Source: Macrostomum lignano (Eukaryota). Taken from it: a stretch of 55,078 nucleotides of DNA. Made by a program: the position numbers and the translations under genes. The notes beneath the pieces are model-generated. The model was given only the letters and a program-made list of their open reading frames with translations, was not told the origin of the DNA and ran no database searches. Each line of letters opens with the position of its first letter. Position 1 is the first letter of the stretch. The stretch is taken from positions 1 to 55,078 of the forward strand of contig NIVC01003645.1 of assembly GCA_002269645.1 (NCBI GenBank), in the 5' to 3' direction. Of the stretch, positions 36,101 to 45,568 are shown in pieces.

Positions 36101-39100
36101 CCAGGATGCAGGCCACGGTCAGCAGAGACCAGCAGAGCCGGGCGTTCACCGTGCGGGCGCCGGCAGCGCGCCTGACACCGTGCATGGTGGTGGTGTCGGA
36201 GAATTCGCCAAACAGGCGGCAGGCTCGACTGCAGGGTGTCGACGGAGGTTCGACCGTTGGCAACATGCCGGAGGCGAGCTGTTCGAGGCTTGGAGTTTCT
36301 ACTTGGATAGCAGCTATGATAGTCGGTCACAATTTGAGCACGGTTTGAGCACAGTTTGGTAACGGTTTGAGCACAGTTTGGTCACGGTTTGAGCACAGTT
36401 TGGTCACGGTTTAAGCACAGTTTGGTCACGGTTTGAGCACAGTTTGGTCACGGTTTGAGCTCAGTTTGGTCACGGTTTGAGCACAGTTTGGTCACGGTTT
36501 GAGCACAGTTTGGCCACGGTTTAAGCACAGTTTGGTCACGGTTTGAGCACAGTTTGGTCACGGTTTAAGCACAGTTTGGTCACGGTTTAAGCACAGTTTG
36601 GTCACGGTTTGAGCACAGTTTGGTCACGGTTTGAGCACAGTTTGGTCACGGTTTGAGCACAGTTTGGTCACGTCTTGTTCACGGTTCGAGCAGGCTGTTA
36701 GAGCACTGTTTGAGCGAGGACTCAGTGAGGTTTGATCACAAACAAGAAACTTCGACAAAGCCCTCATTAGGTCCTTAACCCAACCGAACTTTACATTTGC
36801 ATGCCGCAAATTGCTAGGCCAGGTGGTTCGAGCGGCAATAGCTATTCGAATCTGATCGACTTTCAAGTGCCAATTGTTGCCAAGGCTGTCAAGAGGGCGT
36901 GGAAACACAGCTGACTAACGACTTCCGAGCCCCGCCCTCGACAGAATTTGATAGACGAGTTGCATTGATCTGGCGGGAATTTTCCACCGTTGGCTGTCTG
37001 AATTATTCCATTCGATTCTAGAATATTCTAAACTGGAGCTGCTCGATCCAGGCCAGGCATACCCTGATACGAATGCAGTTATACGCGTATCATTTTATAA
37101 AATCGATTGCGAATTCAAACTGTTCGAAAGTTGTCTAAAAAATCTGGGCTGTTGGCATTTTGTCAAACTGTAAGCAAACTGGCTGCCCTGCAGTCCCATA
37201 CTGCGCGAGTTGTGATTGGCTGGGGCTGCGCGGCTTACGCGTATTCTCCACCCCAGCTGCGCCCCACCCCATACAGAGGCTAATCTTTTAGCAGCCATAC
37301 GAAACGGGTTACAACCCCAAAGGGGATTGTAGCCTAGGGGTTAGAGCCTCGAACTCACGACTTTAAGGTCGGGGGTTCGACTCCCGATCCCACTGGAAAA
37401 AATTTGTGTCCTTGAGCAAGACACACGTGCATCGCCACCTCCAGGAAAAAATCTTTAGTGAGGAATGCCCATTCTGCCTCTCCGGTGTCGAGAATGCGGA
37501 GCACTTTATCTGTGAATGCCCCGCCTTTACTCAGGACAGGCTCACCCTACCTCGACCCAAACCCGGACCCTTCCGACGTTTTCAGGCCCGAGAATCTCTG
37601 CCAGCTCGTCCGCTACCTAAGGGCTACCGGGCGAGCGAACATCCACCTCCTGGATTCTCCGGAGGGGGACCGCGCTGGGGACACCGGCACCACCGGATCT
37701 CCCTGCGCGATACCGCAGCACCAGCTGCCCGTGGTCGCCAGGGGTTAGCGGAATGTCGGCAACGCCTCTGCTGCATCCGGATGCACGGAGCCCCCTGCAG
37801 CTGAGCCAAGTAAGTCAAGAACGTGTGGCGACCCCAAGTCCTTGGACTGAACAGCCGTACGCAGCCTTCAGATGCGCCGCGCAATAGCTGCGGCTGAGCT
37901 GTCGGTTGCTCATCTGGCCCATTTGGGGCAGGTGTAATTAATTATAATAATTATTATTGCGGAACGGGGCACTGTGCTGGCAGGTCTCTCAGACCCCATC
38001 CTAAGCTGCACGTTCCTTACGGAAGTGTAAATACCATATAAGCTGCATGTAGAAGTACTGCGGTCCGAGGCCCCACCTGACCGCCAGAAGGTGGCGCTGT
38101 TCCAAGCGGTGGTCGAGACCGTTCTGCTGTACAACGCTGAGACCCGGATGCTGACGGACTCGCTCGATCAGCAAGGAGACGCGGCTCACGCTGGCCTGCT
38201 GTGGGCGACTGCAGCTAGCAGGCCACATCATCCGCGCCGAGTCGCACTGCGCACAGCTGATGTAGGAGATGCTGCTGCTGACGCTGCAGGCTGCCTACCG
38301 CGGTGTGGACAAGCGTCTACTCGGCGTTTCGTCGAATGCCTGCTGGCTGACGCCAGCGCCGGCCGATTCGGTCGGCAGCGCGGCTTTCATTCACAACCTG
38401 GCCCAGAGCGGCGCCATGTGACGTTGCTTTTTTAAGACCCTGGCGGTGTGTACGCTCGTATTTTGTTGTTGTTGACCTTTCAGTAAATACGAATTTCCCA
38501 GCTGAGTTTATGCTTGTGGGATGTAAAATTAGGCAATTTGCAGAGTAGACTACTACTGGTAAGTAAGCGCCAAAAGATATAGCAGTCAAATTTACCAAGT
38601 TGGCAATAATCGAGAATGACGCAGAAGAACCGCTTTTTAGCAATATAAAAACAAGACTGCAGAGACAGTAACTTTAAACTGTAATAGGGCATGTGTATTT
38701 ATTTTAATAATTTAGACAAGTTCCACATGAATTTACTGGTTGATTCTTGAAATATTACATGGCTGCTCAAGTGTGCATTGTTGATAGCAGTCTTAATCTG
38801 TCTTAGTAAGGGCTGCTGGGCTATTGAATATTGTTCAGTTTCAGAGAATAAAGTTGAAATTTATGACAAAAACAGAAAAAATACGAAAAAAATCTGTTTG
38901 TTTATGCCAGCAGGTGGTCACAGTTTTTACAGTCACGGTTGGATCTACTTGTCGTGACCCTTCCCGTGCCCGTGCCCGTTACCGTGACCGTGACCGTGAC
39001 CTGCAATGCGTAAAGGTAGGACAAAATATCAACGCCAACGTATGGGAGAAATCAACGAATGTGTTGCGGGATCACTCACCGCGGCCGCCGCCGCCGCCGC

Positions 39101-39128
39101 ACACCAGTTTGCCATTGGCTCCGCCCAT
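30118..39128 (-). CDS. DEG/ENaC (ASIC/FaNaC-related) amiloride-sensitive channel subunit, about 636 codons, with an in-frame TGA at 30516-30514 (possible pseudogene, allele or sequencing error)
   Basis: Exons 39128-39080, 36298-35854, 33411-33222, 32323-31778, 31133-30913, 30577-30118 join in frame. Pre-TM1 TTMHG motif, TM1, FPDLTFC, EDMLVDC, Cys-rich thumb (CGC, C-x3-C), WPT, and TM2 [15 protein letters not shown] are present. Confidence 0.88.
31212..31521 (-). mobile_element. Full-length CORE-SINE copy in a DEG/ENaC intron
   Basis: The reverse complement reads head (TAGCCTACTGG, GGTTCGATTC), CORE, shared 3' body and a tail GGGGCAGGTGTAGTCAATTATTAT. Confidence 0.9.
32900..33133 (-). mobile_element. 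Second tRNA-derived SINE type; 3' limit uncertain
   Basis: The reverse complement begins GGGGGACGTAGCCCACGTGG (A-box-like) and has GGCTCGATTCC (B-box-like) about 45 nt later; the body is unrelated to the CORE-SINE. Confidence 0.5.
33780..34690. repeat. 23-bp purine-rich minisatellite with a higher-order duplication
   Basis: Unit AGAGGAGAGGCAGATAAGCACAC; the same run of variants recurs at about 34080 and 34400. Confidence 0.93.
35345..35815. repeat. 19-bp minisatellite
   Basis: Unit CGAATCCCAATCCGAAACT. Confidence 0.96.
36335..36670. repeat. 22-bp minisatellite next to the DEG/ENaC exon 2 acceptor
   Basis: Unit GAGCACAGTTTGGTCACGGTTT. Confidence 0.95.
37322..37958 (+). mobile_element. Chimeric CORE-SINE carrying about 400 bp of a LINE 3' end
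   Basis: The SINE head and CORE start end at 37424. Positions 37425-37822 encode [21 protein letters not shown] and, after a frameshift, [10 protein letters not shown] (C-terminal zinc knuckle typical of non-LTR RT ORFs). The SINE 3' body and an ATT-rich tail resume at 37823. Confidence 0.8.
38050..38410 (+). mobile_element. Degraded RTE fragment related to the 22.6-23.7 kb element
   Basis: Translates to [30 protein letters not shown]...DAAHAGLL, matching [30 protein letters not shown]...DAAHAALV of the other copy. Confidence 0.8.
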
Positions 39129-39643
39129 GTTTGCGTTATAGGAATAGGTTGTGAGTAGGTGCGATCAGCTCAATTTGCACTGCCTAGGCTGTTGACGCCT
39201 CTGCAATCAGCCCAGCCTCCCAGTTTTATATAAACGCTACTGAGAGTGGGTGGGTCGGTCTGCGGAGAATAACAAAATCCTAGCCTTCTCAGACTAACCT
39301 CTCACCCCACATACCCCGACATCCAACAACAATGGCTCATTGTGCACCCAGTATCTGTACTGTGTGCCCCCCCCCCCTGGGCCAAGTGCCACCCCTGCCT
39401 GCAAAAGCAGAGTTGTAGCAGACTTGGCTTGGGGTTAGGTGGGACTTTAGACAGATTGAAGTATAGCAGCTGTTATCAGTGAGACTTTTTGGTTGCGGCG
39501 CGGGGGTTTGCTAGTCACTCAACTGATGGGGAATGGGATGCTGCAAATTCTCTTCTTATCCTAGTTTCCCTACCTATCCCAACCCCTCCTGTCTCCTTGT
39601 AGATAATGCATATAATGATGCCTTGCCTTGCGTCATTCTTGCT

Positions 39644-39860
39644 TAGGGGCGTCGCCACCAGGGGGGACCTTGTCCCCCCCCCCACACCACCTCATGATCT
39701 GTTATGAAAATTGAAATCAATAATTTTGCTTCAGGTGCCAAAATAAAGCGCTAACAACACCCGGCCGATTCTCAAAATAATGTACATGTAGAAGTTTTGT
39801 CGTGTACATGTAGACCTCTTGGCTTGGTCCCCCACCATAAAATCTATGGTGACGCCCCTA
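39644..39860. mobile_element. MITE-like non-autonomous DNA transposon; superfamily unresolved
   Basis: 14-bp terminal inverted repeats TAGGGGCGTCGCCA and TGGTGACGCCCCTA (1 mismatch) around a 217-bp non-coding element; the terminal TA on each side may be the target duplication. Confidence 0.6.
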
Positions 39861-39894
39861 ATACTCGTAGCTTAACAGTAGGACGGGCCACTCG

Positions 39895-40660
39895 ACTACT
39901 ACACTACTACACTGCTACACTACTACATTAATACACTACTACACTACTACGCTACTACACTACTACACTACTACACTACTACACTACTATATTAATGCAC
40001 TACTACACTACTACGCTATTACACTACTACACTACTACACTGCTACACTACTACACTACTACACTGCTACACTACTACATTAATGCACTACTACACTACT
40101 ACACTACTACACTACTACACTACTACACTACTACACTACTACACTACTACACTACTACACTACTACACTACTACACTACTACACTGCTACACTACTACAT
40201 TACTACACTACTACAACTACTACACTACTACACTACTACACTACTACACTACTACACTACTACATTACTACATTAATGCACTACTACACTACTACACTAC
40301 TACACTACTACACTACTACACTACTACATTACTACATTAATGCACTACTACACTACAACACTACTACACTACTACAACTACTACACTACTACACTACACC
40401 ACTACACTACTATACTACTACACTACTACACTACTACACTGCTACATTAATGCACTACTACACTACTACACTACTACACTACTACACTACTACACTACTA
40501 CACTACTACAATACTACACTGCTACACTACTACATTAATGCACTACTACACTACTACACTACTACACTACTACACTACTACAATACTACACTACTACACT
40601 ACTACACTACTACACTACTACACTACTACACTACTACACTACTACACTACTGCACTACTA
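39895..40660. repeat. 8-bp satellite (CTACTACA)n
   Basis: Direct reading; occasional CATTAATG interruptions. Confidence 0.96.
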
Positions 40661-40908
40661 AACTGTAAATCAAAGTTGAAGTCTACTTGACAACTTGCCC
40701 AGTCCGTCAATAGTGTGTGACGGGTGGACTGGGTGTGAACAGTGCATCACCCGACCCCCGCTGCGATAAACAAGACCCCACCCCACTGCGTCTGCTCAGA
40801 ATGCATTCAACATCTGCTCCAGCCAATGGCAGCTCCGGAACGGCCTCTCGTACTCAGCTGAGGATTAGAGAGTTGGGGGGGGGGTGAGTCGCGTGACGGC
40901 TTCACTCC

Positions 40909-40923
40909 GTTGCCATTGGCAAC
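40909..40923. promoter_or_regulatory. RFX X-box, palindromic with a 3-nt spacer
   Basis: GTTGCCATTGGCAAC, about 1.8 kb upstream of DEG/ENaC exon 1; a CCAAT motif lies at about 40822. Confidence 0.5.
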
Positions 40924-41299
40924 ATGTGAATAGAAGAAGCGTGGAAAGGTCAATCACCAAATAAAAACTTTGCCACAGACTGACGCAGGGTTCACCAGTG
41001 GCTGCTGTTGTGCGCGACACAGACTAACGGGGAGAGAGGTGCGCCCCTGGCCATTGCTGGTCGGAGCAAGCATACCTACTTCTATTAAAAGCAACGAAAA
41101 GAAAGTTGCACTGCTACAATTAATGGTCACACCGCTCGAGAGCTCACCCACGACTGGCATAGTATAATAGACCCAACAATGAACAGAGAGAGGGCTTGGA
41201 GACTGAGAAGTGCTCTCTAAGGGGTTGTAAACTATAATATTTAAATATTCACTTGAGAATGTGACAAGCCTGTGACTGAGGGTGGCATGCTGCAAAAAT

Positions 41300-41680
41300 G
41301 TGTGATGACGCAAGAGAATGAGATTGAGAACTCTGTGAGAGAGATTGAGAATTCTGTGAGAATGAGATCGAGAATTTGATGAGAATGAGATTGAGAATTC
41401 TGTGAGAATGAGATTGAGAATTTGGTGAGAATGAGATTGCAAATTTCCTAAGAATGAGATTGAGAATGCTCTGAGAATGCTCTGAGATGAGAATGAGATG
41501 AGATTGAGAAGAAAATGAGATGAGAGTGAGATGAGAATGAGATGAGATTGAGAATGCTCTGAGATGAGAATGAGATGAGATTGAGAAGAAAATGAGATGA
41601 GAGTGAGATGAGAATGAGATGAGATTGAGAATGCTCTGAGATAATAATGAGATGAGAATGAGATGAGATTGTGATGAGAT
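41300..41680. repeat. Degenerate GAGAT/GAGAAT-rich repeat
   Basis: Runs of TGAGATGAGAATGAGATGAGATTGAGAA. Confidence 0.85.
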
Positions 41681-42011
41681 TAAAAATACTCCCGAAACGC
41701 GCATAACTGCTCAGAGGAGAAATTTTTGCACTTTTATTCTACTGCGTAAACAAAAAGATTTCCGCTTCAATTAGAATATTTTGGGGGAAAATGGGCTACA
41801 AGCTACTCAAAAGTAGTTTTCAGTAGTATTCATCATATATTTTAATTTTAATTCAAACAGTATTAAATTTAGCTTATAAATAGAGAAAGCATCATTGAGA
41901 GCGCTGTTAAATACACGTACAGTAAAACAGAATATTGAAATATATTTTCAAACTTTAATGATTTAAACATCATATAGTTTCTGTCAAAGTGTCAGATTGC
42001 CTGTTCCTCCA

Positions 42012-43258
42012 TCAATCAGATTCTGAAATGTATTGAGGATTGCTGCTCTAAAACAATTGCTAAAGAACTTCTTGAACTTGAATAAGAAAGTGTTTACTCT
42101 GCTCTGCCGGCTCCGGGTCGGCTTCGACGGTGCTTTTCGATGCCACGGCTTCAGAGTCCGTCACGTGACTCCCATCCCGCTGGCCGGCTTCCGCGGCTGA
42201 AAGTGGTCGATTTTAGTATTGAAAGCAAGCAAGCAAGATTGTGTGCTCGACTGTTCTTTGTCCTTGATTGGCTAGATTAGCAATCCATTCTATTCTATCG
42301 TCTCTGTGATTTGCTAGATTAGCAATCCATTCTATTGTATCGTCTCTGTGATTGGCTAGATTAGCAATCCATTCTATTCTATCGTCTCTGTGATTGGCTA
42401 GATTAGCAATCCATTATATTGTATCATCTCGGTGATTCGCTAGACTAGCAATCCAGCCAAATCCTAAAGTGCTTTACCATTAGGGTCGTCCTGGTTCTCA
42501 ACAGGTGCGACCTCCTCAGTCTCCGGGGCCGCATCATCCGGTTGCCGCGAAGACTCAGCCGCTGCCGTCGCTGCGGCCGTCCGTCCGCTTTCAGCGGCAG
42601 CCGCGGCTGCCTGTCGCTTGCCGGCGGGCGCTGGAAGCGGCGGGTGGTTAACAAAGAATGTGTTGCATAGCAACAGAGGGAGGCAGGCTAAGAAAGAATG
42701 AAGAGAGATCTAGAAGAGACGAGAGAGGAGTTGGATGCGGTAGTATCGACAGGATAGAGGTATAGAGGCATTAGAGGGATTAAGGATAGTGGGATTTGGG
42801 ACAGAGGGATTGGGGATAGAGGGATTGGGGATAGGGGGATTAGGGATAGAGTGATTGGGGATAGAGGTATTGGGGATAGAGGGATTGGGGATAGAGGTAT
42901 CGGGCATAGAGGGATTGGGATAGCGGGATTAAGGATAGAGTGATTGGGGATAGAGGTATTGGGGATAGAGGGATTGGGGATAGAGGTATTGGGGATAGAG
43001 GGATTGGGGATAGAGGTATTGGGGATAGAGGTATTGGGGATAGAGGAATCGGGGATAGAGGGATCGGGGATAGAGGTATTGGGGATAGAGGGATAGAGGC
43101 ATGAGAGGGATTGGCGACTGATAAAGAACCGAAAGGGGAAGCATGGAGGAACCTGTGTAGAAATCGAGCCTGAGCATTTCCCAGAGTCCAATGCAGGCAG
43201 CCAGCCCGGCCTCACCTTGACTTCCAACCGCTGCCGACTTGCTGCCTTCGCAACCCAT
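42012..43258 (-). CDS. Small acidic Ala/Glu-rich protein (101 aa) with N-terminal MGCEGSK acylation motif; not seen as one ORF in the track
   Basis: Exons 43258-43216 (GTGAGG donor), 42630-42478 (GTAAAG), 42196-42098 (GTAAAC) and 42022-42012 (ends in TGA). All three introns are phase 1 with pyrimidine-rich CAG acceptors, and the two internal exons are multiples of 3 (153 and 99 nt). The last exon is the least certain. Confidence 0.7.
42265..42450. repeat. 42-bp minisatellite in an intron of the small MGC gene
   Basis: Unit GATTGGCTAGATTAGCAATCCATTCTATTCTATCGTCTCTGT, about 4.5 copies. Confidence 0.9.
42785..43100. repeat. 15-bp G-rich minisatellite in an intron of the small MGC gene
   Basis: Unit GGGGATAGAGG(G/T)ATT. 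Confidence 0.93.
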
Positions 43259-43408
43259 GCTGTCTGCAGGTGAGGGCGATTGTTAACTGATGAGATGAGT
43301 CTGAGATCCGCTGAGCACAGCCGTCTGAGCCTGTAAACCTCATTAACTTTCGACAAGATTCGTATTTATATACTCTTAGCACGCTCATATTTTAGTCGCA
43401 CAAATTTT

Positions 43409-43568
43409 GTTGTCTCTAACAACCCGTAACCATGGCGATTTATGCTATATGAATATAGCATTCTGTTCTATATATTGAGTGGCTCTTTCGAGCGCCTCAC
43501 GCCTCACTACGAGCTATTTGTCTGTTTGGCGGAAAATTGCGCAGATTTACTTGGTTGCCAATGACAAC
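43409..43568 (-). promoter_or_regulatory. Cluster of X-box-like motifs upstream of the small MGC gene
   Basis: GTTGCCAATGACAAC (43554-43568), GTAACCATGGCGAT (43426-43439) and GTTGTCTCTAACAAC (43409-43423); all are imperfect matches. Confidence 0.4.
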
Positions 43569-45568
43569 AACAGAGTCGCTGTCGCTGGGTTAAAGCTACA
43601 AATTTAGGCAAAGATATTTGGATAAAAGTTAGTCCGCAGATTGAGACTAGACTCTTATCTTCTAGCCTAGCAATGTCCCTGTCACTTGAGCTTAGCTCAA
43701 AAATGACAAGTTTGTGTGCTTTGTGTGTCTGTCCGACTCAACATTTTGAGAGCTTGTGTGTGTGTGTGTGTGTGTTTGTGCATTAGGCATTTCTTGGGAC
43801 AAGCGTGTATAAACTGACCCGTGCTATTAGGACCAAAAATGTGTTGGGCCAGGCCCAATAAGTGCGTCCCGACACTTCCAAAAATGAATTCTATTGAAAT
43901 GAAAAAATATTCATTGGAACCGTCTTTCGATTCTCCTTTCAAAAATCAATGTCATTTTTTCATATTTTTAATCAAACACGGGGAATCTAATGATTTGCAG
44001 TGTCCTAAGAAGTTTAAAAAATTATGCGAACTGATGGTCTGATCCAACAGAACAATTGGGTCTCAAATCGGAATTCTCGTTTTATTACAATATTTCTTAC
44101 AATATCAAGAAAGTCTACTACAAGTAACAGATAGAGGTTCTCCACAGGGCTGCCAATCGACACTTGAAAGGATCCTGACATTTGGCATCGTGTTTACTAT
44201 AAAATATGAAATAATTTAATAAAGATTTAGAATATTACAATCAAGCATACAAACCTTATAGATTTAGTATATTTAGATTTTTGCATAGAAACAGCTAGCA
44301 TCTAAATTCATTAGCTTCCAATTTCACTTATACACGAAACATGGCAAATTAAGGTTACATCCGCCTGTGCCCTCGGCCATTTTAACTGAAATTCTCGTTT
44401 TCAGTCAGCTGCATTAATCTATTTGTCATATGTGAATGGGCATTAACTGACTCAAGTTAGTGACTGGAGGCCATTAACGTAAAGTGACACTTTGAGTGAG
44501 GTAGTTTTCCGGTGGAAATTCTCACAGTCTTATGAAGCGCTTTTAGAGCAAAGAAATAAAGGGCAAAGAAAAACTTTGCATTTCCCGAGAAAACCGAGGA
44601 CGAGTATTAGAGGGAAACGTTTAATCTCTAAGGCTTTAAATGACTTCCTTATTGGCCTGGGTTTGGGCAGCTATACTATGTAGAAAAATTTTTCCTAGAA
44701 TTATGATAATTATCGTCTGGTATACTGAAATGTACTGAGATACCAAGAAACTTAAGATGACTGCATGGACTGCTAGCACATGTTTGCGTGTCACTGTCAC
44801 TGTAAAGTCGAAATCGATGACTAGTTTGGCCCAAAACTAACTACTAGGCCTTCCTGGAAAACAATTCTGCTTATCTTGGATCGTAAAGATAAACCCACGT
44901 ACAGTGCAGAAGTGTTAGGACAAGCGTGTACAAGACCCAGGCAATCCCTTACCCAGGCCACGCGTACATTCCTATCGCGGCGGGGGGAAGCGGGGAGGAG
45001 AGGCGGGCGCAAGGGAGTCGGGATAAAGTTTACACTGAAGTTGAGGCCTACAAGAGGAAGAGCCAATTCTAACGGAAAGGTACATGTAGAAGTTCCCTTT
45101 GACAAACGGCGTACTGGCGGTACTGCATATGTTCAAGCGAATATAATTCATTTACGAGACCTGCACTACACAGACAAAATGTGCCACGTCACAAGAGTTT
45201 CCATGCATGACCTGGCATGAAAAGACTTGGCTAGGAACCATTACACATATGTAAGTAGAATTTAAAATTCTTTTTAAAATTTTATGATTAAATAAAAACT
45301 TAACTGGAATTTACATATGTACTTTTCTAAAATTCCAGATACGTTGATATCGATAAGCTACCGTTTTCTTCTATAACAAACAGATTTGCCTTCATTGTCA
45401 AGTAAGTCTTGTCTCGTACTCGTATATGTCGTATTTTTTGTACGTTGAAAAAAATAATAAGCAGCCTAGTAATACTCTGAGCTCAGTGAAATATAAGAGA
45501 GGCGGCACGATCACCTTATTTATCAATTAATTTACAACAGCCAATCATCCTGCATCCTGCATTTACAA

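Noticed and set aside
1226-37400. tRNA genes at 1226, 4024, 31521, 33133 and 37322
   Set aside because: A- and B-boxes are present but there is no complete cloverleaf or acceptor stem, and each continues into a repeat body; these are SINE heads.
2086-41704. Many long ORFs in the track (for example 2086-3042, 5557-6261, 8575-9327, 12862-13668, 14932-15570, 16439-17101, 20074-20526, 35028-36362, 39995-40668)
   Set aside because: They run through minisatellites whose units lack stop codons in that frame. Most lie in introns of genes whose exons join in frame without them; the rest are intergenic with no other coding support.
33179-43300. Hammerhead ribozyme cores at CTGATGA (33179, 43287)
   Set aside because: No stem II followed by GAAA and no closing stems could be built.
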